64,000 bases of DNA, taken from positions 1,547 to 65,546 of IMG/VR virus record IMGVR_UViG_3300005805_000086; one strand, written 5' to 3'. The position numbers and the translations under genes are program-made. Shown in pieces: positions 18,370 through 26,881 of this stretch. Source of the DNA: a virus (Duplodnaviria > Caudoviricetes). The notes under the pieces are model-generated. The model worked only from the letters and a program-made list of their open reading frames with translations, had not been told where the DNA came from and searched no databases. Position 1 is the first letter of the stretch. Every line of letters begins with the position of its first letter.

Positions 18370-18840
18370 ATGTCAGCAAAGAAGCCAGTCCAGAAGAAGC
18401 CAGCTCAGAAGAAGCAGTCAGCTACTGCTGGGCAAAAGAAGGCTGCTGCTAAGCCAAAGAAGAAGCCAGCAGGTGGTGGAGCAGCATCAAGCACTACTCC
18501 AGCCAAGAAGGCGGGTCGCCCCAAAAAGCAGGCCGCACCAAAGGCAACGGCAACTCCCAAGGCGCCTACCCCTCGGGTCACAACAACAACCACGATCAGT
18601 GAAAATGGAACTGCAACCAATGGCGGAACAGGCAATAACATCGTTGTTACATTTACGCCAACAACAATCCCTTCAAACATTTCTATATCCCCTGCCACTG
18701 GCGCAACTCCGCCAGTTGATGTTCAAAAGGCAGTTCAGAAGGTTGTCTCGGAAGCATTGAAGCCCCATAATTCCTCTGCCAAGAAAAAGAAGAAGGGTAT
18801 ATTCCGTCGTTTTTTCTCTAAGTTTAAGCGGTCGAAGTAA
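18370..18840 (+). CDS. Basic Lys/Ala/Pro-rich histone H1-like protein with AT-hook-like GRP motif
   Basis: AGGAG SD before ATG 18370; KKPAQKK, PAKKAGRPKK, basic amphipathic C-terminus KKKKGIFRRFFSKFKRSK. Confidence 0.75.
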   Translation: MSAKKPVQKKPAQKKQSATAGQKKAAAKPKKKPAGGGAASSTTPAKKAGRPKKQAAPKATATPKAPTPRVTTTTTISENGTATNGGTGNNIVVTFTPTTIPSNISISPATGATPPVDVQKAVQKVVSEALKPHNSSAKKKKKGIFRRFFSKFKRSK

Positions 18841-18846
18841 AACCAC

Positions 18847-18882
18847 TTAAACAATCAATCCTGTCGTATATAATGCTACGAC
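18847..18882 (+). promoter_or_regulatory. Putative sigma70-type promoter with a palindrome around the -10 box
   Basis: TATAAT at 18869-18874 is flanked by GTCGTA (18863-18868) and TACGAC (18877-18882), followed by GGAGG SD and ATG 18895. Confidence 0.5.
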
Positions 18883-18894
18883 GGAGGTGATGAT

Positions 18895-19077
18895 ATGGAA
18901 AAAAAACTCAACGCAATCGAAGAGGCTGCTGCTCTCATTGGAGCAGAGCCGGATTCACTATCCGAAGAGCAGGCAATGCGAATACTTCGTCATATGGTAA
19001 TGACGAACGACAGCATTAGAATTAGGCAAGGGCTAGCATCATTTGCCAGAGATAAGGAAGACCAACAGGATGAGTGA
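18895..19077 (+). CDS. Small hypothetical protein
   Basis: Strong SD (GGAGGTG); 60 aa. Confidence 0.7.
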   Translation: MEKKLNAIEEAAALIGAEPDSLSEEQAMRILRHMVMTNDSIRIRQGLASFARDKEDQQDE

Positions 19078-19324
19078 GCTAGTTAGTCGCATACGTGATC
19101 TCAAATCTCACATTTCCCACTTGGAAGATTCTGTACTGAACGAGAAGCGCAAGTATGCAGATGAGGTCGATCACTCAGATAACCTCGCATACCTTATGAC
19201 GCTCTTGCATAATGGCACCAATTGTGCACAATTCTGTTCATTTTGTGACGCAATCAAGACACATGAGCGTAGGCGAGCTTCAGACTATGGCATTGCAGGT
19301 GACGCAAATGAAAAACCAGCGTGA
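19070..19324 (+). CDS. Small coiled-coil hypothetical protein
   Basis: ATG 19070 overlaps the upstream gene; EVDHSDNLAYLM motif. Confidence 0.65.
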   Translation: MSELVSRIRDLKSHISHLEDSVLNEKRKYADEVDHSDNLAYLMTLLHNGTNCAQFCSFCDAIKTHERRRASDYGIAGDANEKPA

Positions 19325-19517
19325 CATCGACATAGTTTTTGGTCCAGCATCTGTTGCTCTTTTTATTTTAATTTATGACATTGTTGCTCTTAAGAAAAAG
19401 AAAAAGACAATAAGTACTAGCATTCGACGACTCACTACACAGAGTTCGTTTGGACCAGAAATAGCTGGCGCAATATTGGGCGGTTTAGCTTTCCATTTAT
19501 TTTTAAAACAAAATTGA
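19308..19517 (+). CDS. Small membrane protein
   Basis: Two hydrophobic segments separated by KKKKKT. Confidence 0.65.
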   Translation: MKNQRDIDIVFGPASVALFILIYDIVALKKKKKTISTSIRRLTTQSSFGPEIAGAILGGLAFHLFLKQN

Positions 19518-19549
19518 CATACCCACCCAATGCATGGTAGTTAATAACT

Positions 19550-19870
19550 ATGCATCTAAAAATCCTCGAAGATTACATCTGTGATTTGATGGAAGTTTCC
19601 ATGGAGAAGCCACACGCACGCTGTCGCGTGGATACGGTATGCGGTGAACTCATGGATATCCTAATCGAACAAGAGAGGGTAATCCCAGATTTTGTAATAA
19701 ATGGTGACGCTCGACAAGTGGTCATTGACCATGAACAATATGAGGTGGTAAGATTCACGGAAGCGATCACCGAAGAACGGAGTGAAAGTGTGAAGAAATT
19801 AATTTGGCTTACTGCAACTGCACTGATCAGTGGTATTTGTTTCTTAGTTGGATTTTTTGTTGCACCATGA
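19550..19870 (+). CDS. Hypothetical protein with C-terminal TM helix
   Basis: LIWLTATALISGICFLVGFFVAP hydrophobic tail. Confidence 0.65.
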   Translation: MHLKILEDYICDLMEVSMEKPHARCRVDTVCGELMDILIEQERVIPDFVINGDARQVVIDHEQYEVVRFTEAITEERSESVKKLIWLTATALISGICFLVGFFVAP

Positions 19871-20226
19871 ACGATGCAGTTTTAAATATTTCACACAACG
19901 AAGAAAGTATTCCAGAATATCGTGAATCATTCATTACTACGAGAATGGAATATCTTGGAAGAATCTGGCAACTTGAATGGAATGCAGAAAAATTACTTAT
20001 GAGACTTTCCATTGTAAGGACAGCGGAGGGCAGCAATACGGAAATACTCAATATAATTGCATACCTACATCCCGGGCATAAGTATTATGTCGAGGGAAGA
20101 AGCCTGAATGACACACTGAGAACCATTGTTTTGGAAATATCTGACGGAGCTCCTCCATCGGATGATAACTATATATCACCCTGGGAAAAACACTTCATCT
20201 TGAAGGAAGGCGGCAGTAATGTTTGA
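19867..20226 (+). CDS. Hypothetical protein
   Basis: ATGA coupling at 19867. Confidence 0.65.
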   Translation: MNDAVLNISHNEESIPEYRESFITTRMEYLGRIWQLEWNAEKLLMRLSIVRTAEGSNTEILNIIAYLHPGHKYYVEGRSLNDTLRTIVLEISDGAPPSDDNYISPWEKHFILKEGGSNV

Positions 20227-20374
20227 GAAAGACAAGAACGCAGCGGCGAGATTAGCTATCTGCTTTGACTGTGATAAATTTTATAAGCCGACCCGCCAAT
20301 GCAAGGAATGTGGCTGCTTCATGAAAGTGAAGACTCGTCTTTCGTCAGCAAAATGCCCACTTGGAAAGTGGTAG
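20219..20374 (+). CDS. Small Cys-rich zinc-ribbon protein (DUF6171-like), not in the ORF track
   Basis: Manual translation: MFEKDKNAAARLAICFDCDKFYKPTRQCKECGCFMKVKTRLSSAKCPLGKW (51 aa). Confidence 0.75.
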   Translation: MFEKDKNAAARLAICFDCDKFYKPTRQCKECGCFMKVKTRLSSAKCPLGKW

Positions 20375-20380
20375 ACGGAT

Positions 20381-20704
20381 TTATCTCAGACGCTTATTGC
20401 AACGAGTGCAAAACTCGGACCAAGGGTAAGATTTTCTCATGTTCTGAGGGTGGTCGCAGTCAAGTATTGCTACTACACGCTCATTGATAGTGTCACGTAT
20501 AAATTCCGCCAGACTCAGACCACGTGCCTGCGCCGCAGCCTTCCAGCGCTCCCTATCCTCGTCGGTAGTACGTATTAAAACCTGCTTGTCTGCAGGTGTA
20601 TCCCCAGCAATTCGTGTGGATATTGAGTGGTCCATTATGTCGGCCACAGCATTCATCGCTTGCTCAAGGTTGTCTTGTTGTTCAACGTGCTCATTACTGG
20701 ACAT
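20381..20704 (-). CDS. Ribbon-helix-helix regulator with C-terminal Zn finger
   Basis: QVLIRTTDEDRERWKAAAQARGLSLAEFIR, then CDH...CTRC. Confidence 0.7.
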   Translation of the reverse strand: MSSNEHVEQQDNLEQAMNAVADIMDHSISTRIAGDTPADKQVLIRTTDEDRERWKAAAQARGLSLAEFIRDTINERVVAILDCDHPQNMRKSYPWSEFCTRCNKRLR

Positions 20705-21329
20705 GATCGTCTGCCTCCATGTCTGACTGTACATCATTAATTACCTCTGCGTCCACAATATCATCCTTTGGGCCAATTAATTCTCCAATGATATTTGAAG
20801 AAATTATCCCGGATTTCCCCATTAATTCCAGCAAAGCCTTTGCTTCTGCTTCGGGATTAAACGTCTCTAACTTTGCTGCCGGAGTTTCCCCAACAAGGGT
20901 GGATTTAATATTGTCCTGAGTTGTTATATCCATCTGTACGCTGAGATTATTTCTGTCCATTCCAAGAAGTTTTGCCCGTCTGTCCATTATCAGCAAAACC
21001 TGTTGAATTGCTTTTAGGTCTGGCTCTACTTGTACTTCACTACCATCATCGAGCCTCACCTTGCGATGTTGGGTAAGCGGCCAGATTGATGACTGTAGGC
21101 TGTCGAGCCTTTCTAGTTCCATCCTGAGAACTTCCGGATAGGCCAACATTGTTTCGCGATTGAGTTTTTCAAGCTGCCTATTAATTGCTTTTTGAACAAC
21201 AGATGACGACACGCCGAAACGTTTTGCTATATCGGCAACACTCATTCCCGCTTGTCGCATCTTGAGTATTCTGGAATCTCTTTCGGCAAGAAATTCTCTT
21301 GTCATTACAGATGGTTTGTCATCTTTCAT
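20694..21329 (-). CDS. HTH protein resembling actinophage terminase small subunits
   Basis: N-terminal HTH (GMSVADIAKRFGVS) followed by ELERLD.LQ..IWP...DLKAI..VL.IMDRRAKLLG.D. Confidence 0.55.
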   Translation of the reverse strand: MKDDKPSVMTREFLAERDSRILKMRQAGMSVADIAKRFGVSSSVVQKAINRQLEKLNRETMLAYPEVLRMELERLDSLQSSIWPLTQHRKVRLDDGSEVQVEPDLKAIQQVLLIMDRRAKLLGMDRNNLSVQMDITTQDNIKSTLVGETPAAKLETFNPEAEAKALLELMGKSGIISSNIIGELIGPKDDIVDAEVINDVQSDMEADDHVQ

Positions 21330-23196
21330 GTTTCACCGTCCGGAATTCAAGTGGCTCAAACGGCCACTTTTTTCCACGCTTCATCTTAGTTGGCCAACGT
21401 CTCTCATCTCGCTCGCCACGAAAATGGCGAACATCGTATACATATTCTCCCACACTCATCGCATCTGGCTGTAAAGCCAAACCAAATTCTGGCCAACGCG
21501 ACCAAACCGCCGATCCAAATGGTCGTAAGTTCCGGCTTGTCATTGATTCACCCAATGGGGCATGGTGCTCAAGCCATAAAGCACAACCATAGGCAACGCG
21601 AATGGTATCAAGATATTTCACCACCTCAATTGCTACTGACTCTGATGTTTTATTGCCAGGATCAATAAATGCCTTATACAGTGGACCAAGAACAAGGAGA
21701 TCTGGCTTAATCAATTCGAGCTGTGTCTCTAAATACAATCTGTCAATCGATGAAAGTAAATTTAGTCCGTCAGGCTTCATTAAAAGATGCGAGTGCGATG
21801 TCATTGAGTAATTCATCGACATTGCTGCTCCATGAATGGCACGTGATGTGCGGCGAATAATTCTCTCTGGGTTCTCCAAATCAACAAACAGCGTTGTTAT
21901 TGGCTTGATTCGCTCAAATGTAAAGGGATGCACACCCCATGAGGGGAGAATCGCAACCTGTCTTGCAAGCATCGTCTTTCCAACACCTTCAGCAGCAACG
22001 ACAATCACACGCTCACGTCTTTCTAGTAGATCAGGAATAAGCCAATCGTATGAGTCATCAACATTTTCTTGGACGAACTGATGCCAGTCTACGAGCCGCC
22101 CATCATTCGTGATTGACTCCGATAGTGCCGATGAGGCAAGTAGGGAAACTTGCGTGAGGGCACGTAGTGGACTTGACTCACCATCCGCAATAAGTGTCTT
22201 AATTTTTGCCAACATCTCATCGGCTTTTGTTGGAAAAATTTCTTCAAAGTTTTCGTCAGCATCGTCATCTTGATCATCGAGAGCAAGCTGTTCGGTATTT
22301 TCGACTGCAACGGACTCCGAAGAAGACGGAGGAATTGTATGTTCATCAAACTTAAGTAACTCATCCATTTGACCGCCGTCTTCAAGAAAATCAGTAATAT
22401 CTTTTGTGCGAGGGCAAATCCATCCCTGCACATCGGATCCTGCTTTGCGAAGTTCGTTAATTACATTAAGTGCATGTAGTCGACCAGGCTCATCATTATC
22501 TGCAATAACATCAACTACTGCACCAGCAAGAGCATCTGTATGAATATCAAGCCACTTACCTGCACCACCAGGCATTGTTGTTGCGCATAATCCCATATTG
22601 ATAAGGGTGTCAGCATCCTTTTCACCCTCTACAACTATTATTGTTTCACCTTTTGCTTTTGCTTTTAGAACTCGTGGCAGGTTATACAAAACCTTTGGTG
22701 TGTCATCGAGTTTGTATGAATAACCACCATGCCCATCGGGCTTACGTTGGCGAAATGTTTTCTTTCCATTTTCTTTAATGAATCGAACTTTCTGAAACAG
22801 CAGCTCGCCATGCTCTGATACGTAATTGTACTTTTCAACAAGCTTCAGCTTTTGTGGTTCAGCAATGTTGAGTTTTCGTGGCTCTCCGTTTGGTCGCTGT
22901 GGGGAAAAGTTACGCTCGCTACCATTCCACTCACGTGATTGATCTTTCGACATTAAGTCACGAATCGACATTCCGACAGATGAGGCAATCTGGTCAACCG
23001 TACATCCGCCAGCACGATGACAGTGAACGAGAACAACACCATCACGTTCTGCTATCGATAGTGATGGGTTATGGTCATCGTTTCTGCATGGACACCGAGC
23101 GTCCCAGCCATTCCCGGTCTTAACAACACCATCTAAACGAGAAAGAAATTCCTGCGTATTATCAAGCACGCTCGCCACCACCAAATCCAATTCCAA
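21319..23196 (-). CDS. Primase-helicase (Zn-binding + TOPRIM + RepA/AAA_25-like helicase)
   Basis: CPCRNDD...CHRAGGC; VVEGEKDAD and IADNDEPG (TOPRIM); AAEGVGKT (Walker A); LWLEHH, GSAVW. Confidence 0.9.
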   Translation of the reverse strand: MELDLVVASVLDNTQEFLSRLDGVVKTGNGWDARCPCRNDDHNPSLSIAERDGVVLVHCHRAGGCTVDQIASSVGMSIRDLMSKDQSREWNGSERNFSPQRPNGEPRKLNIAEPQKLKLVEKYNYVSEHGELLFQKVRFIKENGKKTFRQRKPDGHGGYSYKLDDTPKVLYNLPRVLKAKAKGETIIVVEGEKDADTLINMGLCATTMPGGAGKWLDIHTDALAGAVVDVIADNDEPGRLHALNVINELRKAGSDVQGWICPRTKDITDFLEDGGQMDELLKFDEHTIPPSSSESVAVENTEQLALDDQDDDADENFEEIFPTKADEMLAKIKTLIADGESSPLRALTQVSLLASSALSESITNDGRLVDWHQFVQENVDDSYDWLIPDLLERRERVIVVAAEGVGKTMLARQVAILPSWGVHPFTFERIKPITTLFVDLENPERIIRRTSRAIHGAAMSMNYSMTSHSHLLMKPDGLNLLSSIDRLYLETQLELIKPDLLVLGPLYKAFIDPGNKTSESVAIEVVKYLDTIRVAYGCALWLEHHAPLGESMTSRNLRPFGSAVWSRWPEFGLALQPDAMSVGEYVYDVRHFRGERDERRWPTKMKRGKKWPFEPLEFRTVKHER

Positions 23197-23491
23197 GTAC
23201 GTCTTGTATGGTTGGGCGTTTAATTCGCAAACCTAGAGACTTTCGCATTTTCTCTCGCTGAATTTCCGGTATCCCGCCCCAGATTCCAAATGGTTCCCAC
23301 TCAAGTGAGTAATCAAGGCATTCCAATCGGATCGGACATTCATTGCAAACCATTATTGCCTTGGATGCATGGGCCCGTGCTGCAGCGCGTTCTTCTGCTG
23401 GCTGGCGATTTGAAAAATTGGGGAACCACCATTCAGTTGGCTTCCCAAGACATGAACCACCACTCGGTGGATATTTAATTGTTGTTTCCAT
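23162..23491 (-). CDS. whiB: WhiB-family transcription factor (copy 2)
   Basis: SC...CNECPIRLEC...FGIWGG. Confidence 0.9.
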   Translation of the reverse strand: METTIKYPPSGGSCLGKPTEWWFPNFSNRQPAEERAAARAHASKAIMVCNECPIRLECLDYSLEWEPFGIWGGIPEIQREKMRKSLGLRIKRPTIQDVLGIGFGGGERA

Positions 23492-23984
23492 TGACCCCCC
23501 TCACCTGTGTCAATCTCGAAATATCTTTCCCAGAAAGAAAGATATATGCAGAAGTTATGATTGTCCTACCAGCAGAAGCATCCGTGTTGACACTTACTGC
23601 ATCTACTGGAATTCCAAGTAGTGAAGCTATGTCTGCGGCTACTCGTCGAACAAGAATCTCATCTTCCCCGAAAGTTTCATTGAAATCAAGTCGGGTATCA
23701 AAATAATCTAGAGGAACTGATTGCATGGTGTCGTTTGCATTCATTGTGCCGACCGCGAGTTGTGTGTCGTCTTTTTTATTCATGCATGATGAACACGCAA
23801 TTTTTTTAGCCGATGATGCACGCACTAAAAGTTCTGAGTGTCCACAAACAAGCTGATGCTCGTAACGAATATTGCCCCATGGACCAACCTTGTTTATTGC
23901 GATGACTTCTTGCTTTGGAGCTTGTCTTCGTCCGGTCATCTTGCGAATAATACACGAGGAGCAAAGTTGATTCCGTACATGCAA
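23475..23984 (-). CDS. Hypothetical protein with Cys motifs
   Basis: LVCGH...CSSC; start uncertain. Confidence 0.6.
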   Translation of the reverse strand: MHVRNQLCSSCIIRKMTGRRQAPKQEVIAINKVGPWGNIRYEHQLVCGHSELLVRASSAKKIACSSCMNKKDDTQLAVGTMNANDTMQSVPLDYFDTRLDFNETFGEDEILVRRVAADIASLLGIPVDAVSVNTDASAGRTIITSAYIFLSGKDISRLTQVRGVNGNNN

Positions 23985-24055
23985 AAGCCCGCCATTTCTG
24001 GCGGGCCATGCAATCGATCCCTCTCTCTGTAGGGATTATCGATATGGTGGAATTG

Positions 24056-24502
24056 TCAGAACGGTTCGTCGTCCTCTTCAACAACCTGACGTGCTGCCTG
24101 TCGTGGCGCAGCAGCCTTCTTGGCTGGCTGTCCGTCAGAACCGGACCGACGCTTACGTTCAAAGGACTCAATCGAACGAGTCTGCACGCCGATTGCGTCA
24201 GCAACAAGCTCGATGATGGAGCGGTTCTTGCCAGTCTCTTTGTCTTCCCATGAGCGCTGCTCGAGTCGTCCGACGACAATCACACCAACACCCTTTTCGA
24301 GAACATTGGCAGAATCATCGGCAAGGTATCGCCAGGAAACAACATTGATGTAGGAGACTTTCTCCTGCTTTTCTCCGGAACCATCAGTCCAGTAGTGGTT
24401 AACGGCTACCGAAAATGCAAGGCGAGGCTTGCCGTCAGCAGTGAATGTCAGCTTTGGGTCATCGGTCACATTGCCGATGATCGTCGCGGGTGCTTGACTC
24501 AT
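24056..24502 (-). CDS. ssb: Single-stranded DNA-binding protein (actinobacterial type)
   Basis: TIIGNVTDDPKLTFT, GRLEQRSWE, acidic C-terminal EEDDEPF. Confidence 0.95.
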   Translation of the reverse strand: MSQAPATIIGNVTDDPKLTFTADGKPRLAFSVAVNHYWTDGSGEKQEKVSYINVVSWRYLADDSANVLEKGVGVIVVGRLEQRSWEDKETGKNRSIIELVADAIGVQTRSIESFERKRRSGSDGQPAKKAAAPRQAARQVVEEDDEPF

Positions 24503-24689
24503 TTATTTCTCTTTCTGTGTTTTGGGGCACGCCCCAATCGGTTATTCGGAACACTACATGTCCACCGGATGCGGTGCAAGCCATGCCAGACAATATTCAA
24601 AAAATAATAAATTACTATACTAATACTCAATATAGGCTAGAAGTTTTTCTACGACTTGAGTTTTTCCTCAGAGCTGCTATGGTGAGATT

Positions 24690-24947
24690 ATGACAAAAAA
24701 TTATGATGCAATTCTCGCCCTATCAGACAGCCTTGCTGATGCGCTATATGCCTATGCAACTTTTGATTTGGATGATTTGACCGATGAAGAACAGGAGGCG
24801 CAGCGCGATACATGCCGCGATATTGCTGACTTCATTACATTCTGTATGGACATCGATGCCAGTCTGGGTGAAGATCAGAAGTCATTTACTGCAACTGGAA
24901 AATTCAGCAATCCAGTAGACATGATAAAGAAATTTTTGGAAGCATAA
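24690..24947 (+). CDS. Acidic hypothetical protein
   Basis: 85-aa ORF divergent from ssb. Confidence 0.7.
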   Translation: MTKNYDAILALSDSLADALYAYATFDLDDLTDEEQEAQRDTCRDIADFITFCMDIDASLGEDQKSFTATGKFSNPVDMIKKFLEA

Positions 24948-24992
24948 CACCTGCTAGTAACGCATTTTAATGATTTTTTAGCCGTCAAGTGG

Positions 24993-25020
24993 TTGCATAA
25001 CTGTAATCAAATGGTAATAT
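24993..25020 (+). promoter_or_regulatory. Putative promoter for the transglycosylase operon
   Basis: -35 TTGCAT (24993-24998), 16-nt spacer, extended -10 TGGTAATAT (25012-25020). Confidence 0.5.
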
Positions 25021-25026
25021 TTGGAA

Positions 25027-25097
25027 GGTAACGGGGAAGCCCGTACATACGGAGGCCTTGCAAGTCTCCAGCCGTATCCGCCGAACACTGGAGACAC
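25027..25097 (+). ncRNA. Candidate cis-regulatory (riboswitch-like) 5' leader
   Basis: Hairpin ACGGG/CCCGT (25031-25044); ATACGG (25047-52) / CCGTAT (25072-77); GTCTCCAG (25064-71) / CTGGAGAC (25088-95), which covers the SD; alternative GGAGGC (25051-56) / GTCTCC (25064-69). Confidence 0.45.
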
Positions 25098-25640
25098 ATG
25101 AAACATCCGTTAAGGTCACTTTTAGCCATTCCCATAATCACACTAGGCATCGCAGTCGGTGTCAGCGCACAGGGAAGGGAGGAAGTCCAAACGGAGCCAA
25201 CAACGACAACAACTATCGCCCCTGCCGTCACTACAACGACAGCGCCGACAACTGTTGTCCCAGTCACCACAACGACTGTCATGACGCTCCCTGAAGGATT
25301 CTCCCTTCCAACGCTTCCGCCTGATGTTCCTTGCCAAGAGTGGACGCAGGTCGCATTGGATGCAGGATGGCCCTGGGAACTCCTTCCTGAGCTGCTTCGC
25401 GAAGTTTGGTCAGAATCACGTTGCCAGAACGTAATTCAGGGTCACCCCCAGTGGAATGGCCATGACCGTGGCCCTCTACAGATTAATCAAGTGTGGCTTG
25501 ATGACATTGAGGCGAAGTATGGACATTGGGAAGTCATAAATGATCCCCGCTACAACTTTGCTTGGGCATGGGAAATGTACAGATGGTATGACGACCATAA
25601 GGGATGTGGATTTATTCCTTGGTCGCGTCCCTGTAAATAG
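25098..25640 (+). CDS. Secreted lytic transglycosylase (SLT/lysozyme-like) 1
   Basis: Signal peptide, Thr/Pro linker, WSESRC (catalytic Glu), GPLQIN, DPRYN..AW.MY, PW. Confidence 0.85.
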   Translation: MKHPLRSLLAIPIITLGIAVGVSAQGREEVQTEPTTTTTIAPAVTTTTAPTTVVPVTTTTVMTLPEGFSLPTLPPDVPCQEWTQVALDAGWPWELLPELLREVWSESRCQNVIQGHPQWNGHDRGPLQINQVWLDDIEAKYGHWEVINDPRYNFAWAWEMYRWYDDHKGCGFIPWSRPCK

Positions 25641-25655
25641 AAAGAGGATTTAATA

Positions 25656-26210
25656 ATGTATAAAAATAAAATAAGTTCATTATCAAAACGATTGTCAATA
25701 ATTTGTGGCACTTCGGCACTATTGGTCATGGGGGTTATTGCCTGCGGTGGAGATGATCATTCATCTGAAATTTCAGACAAGAACAATGTTTCAATCCCAA
25801 CCACAGTGGCAGCAACTACCACTGTCCTCCCATTGACCACGGTTGCTACAACGACTACAACAACTATCCCAGATTTAAGTGGAGTTGATTTTGTTGAATT
25901 AGCACGATTCGTCTATGGAAAATGTGGAGAATGGCACGATGTGGCAATTAATGTTGGCTGGCCGGAGGAAGAATGGGAATTTTTACGTGAAGTTATTTGG
26001 CGTGAATCACGTTGCAAGCCAGATGCTTGGAATGGAGCTGATGCTGGACTAACGCAGATCAACCAAGTCCATACTGAATGGTTGTCGCAGATGGGTCTTT
26101 CTCATCCCGACGACATGTTTAATCCAGCAAATAATCTATATTTTGCCTATCGACTTTGGGAAACATCTGGATGGAAGCCATGGCGATTCAGTGGACCAAT
26201 CCCCGAGTGA
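25656..26210 (+). CDS. Lipoprotein lytic transglycosylase 2
   Basis: Lipobox-like VIA-C, Thr-rich linker, WRESRC, GLTQIN, FNPANNL, WKPW. Confidence 0.85.
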   Translation: MYKNKISSLSKRLSIICGTSALLVMGVIACGGDDHSSEISDKNNVSIPTTVAATTTVLPLTTVATTTTTTIPDLSGVDFVELARFVYGKCGEWHDVAINVGWPEEEWEFLREVIWRESRCKPDAWNGADAGLTQINQVHTEWLSQMGLSHPDDMFNPANNLYFAYRLWETSGWKPWRFSGPIPE

Positions 26211-26259
26211 AATTAGCGATTGTTGTAATCATGGAAGTGCATTGAAGGAGGAATCATAA

Positions 26260-26790
26260 ATGACCAGGTCGGAAAAAATAGCATCTATAGTCGTTGCAAT
26301 TATTTTGGCAACATCCATAATTATTGGGTTGACGTTTGGCAACGCAAAGGGCATAGTCGTGCAAAAATCAGAGAAGCCAAGTGTTAATTCCACCGTGCCG
26401 ATTGACCTCTCTGGAGTTGACTGGATAGGCCTAGCGCGACTTGTCTACGGCAGATGCGGTGAGTGGCATGACCTTGCCATGTCTGTTGGCTGGACTGAGG
26501 CTCAATGGCCCAAGTTGAGTTATGTTATTTATCGTGAGAGCCGTTGCAATATCGGCACCATCAATAAGAGTGACCCCAATGGCGGGAGTCGTGGACTCAT
26601 GCAGATTAATGGATACTGGTGCCGAAAGAATAAGTACAACCCAAGCGGTTGGCTGCAGGCACAGGGAACACTGAATACTTGTGATGACTTATTTAATCCC
26701 GAGGTTAATCTCCGTTCCGGATTAGCCATATGGAACTACAGTCAACAGCGCAATAAGTGTGGCTGGAGGCCATGGGCCACGAGGTGCTAG
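26260..26790 (+). CDS. Membrane-anchored/secreted lytic transglycosylase 3
   Basis: N-terminal hydrophobic helix, YRESRC, GLMQIN, LFNPEVNL, WRPW. Confidence 0.88.
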   Translation: MTRSEKIASIVVAIILATSIIIGLTFGNAKGIVVQKSEKPSVNSTVPIDLSGVDWIGLARLVYGRCGEWHDLAMSVGWTEAQWPKLSYVIYRESRCNIGTINKSDPNGGSRGLMQINGYWCRKNKYNPSGWLQAQGTLNTCDDLFNPEVNLRSGLAIWNYSQQRNKCGWRPWATRC

Positions 26791-26881
26791 CAAGTATCGG
26801 CAATGAAATTTAGCTCAATGCTTGAACCGTTAATTACAGTCATGTAGTCTGCGCCCAACGCACCATCAGGGAGATTTATCA

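Noticed and set aside
14520-23196. Inteins or introns in nrdJ and the primase-helicase
   Set aside because: Lengths and motif spacing are normal; no C/S...HN intein ends or homing-endonuclease motifs were seen.
25027-25097. Canonical c-di-AMP (ydaO) riboswitch or HDV-like/theta ribozyme
   Set aside because: Too short and lacking the ydaO conserved blocks; there is no room for a P3 hairpin between the pseudoknot strands, which the HDV fold requires. Kept only as an unclassified structured leader.
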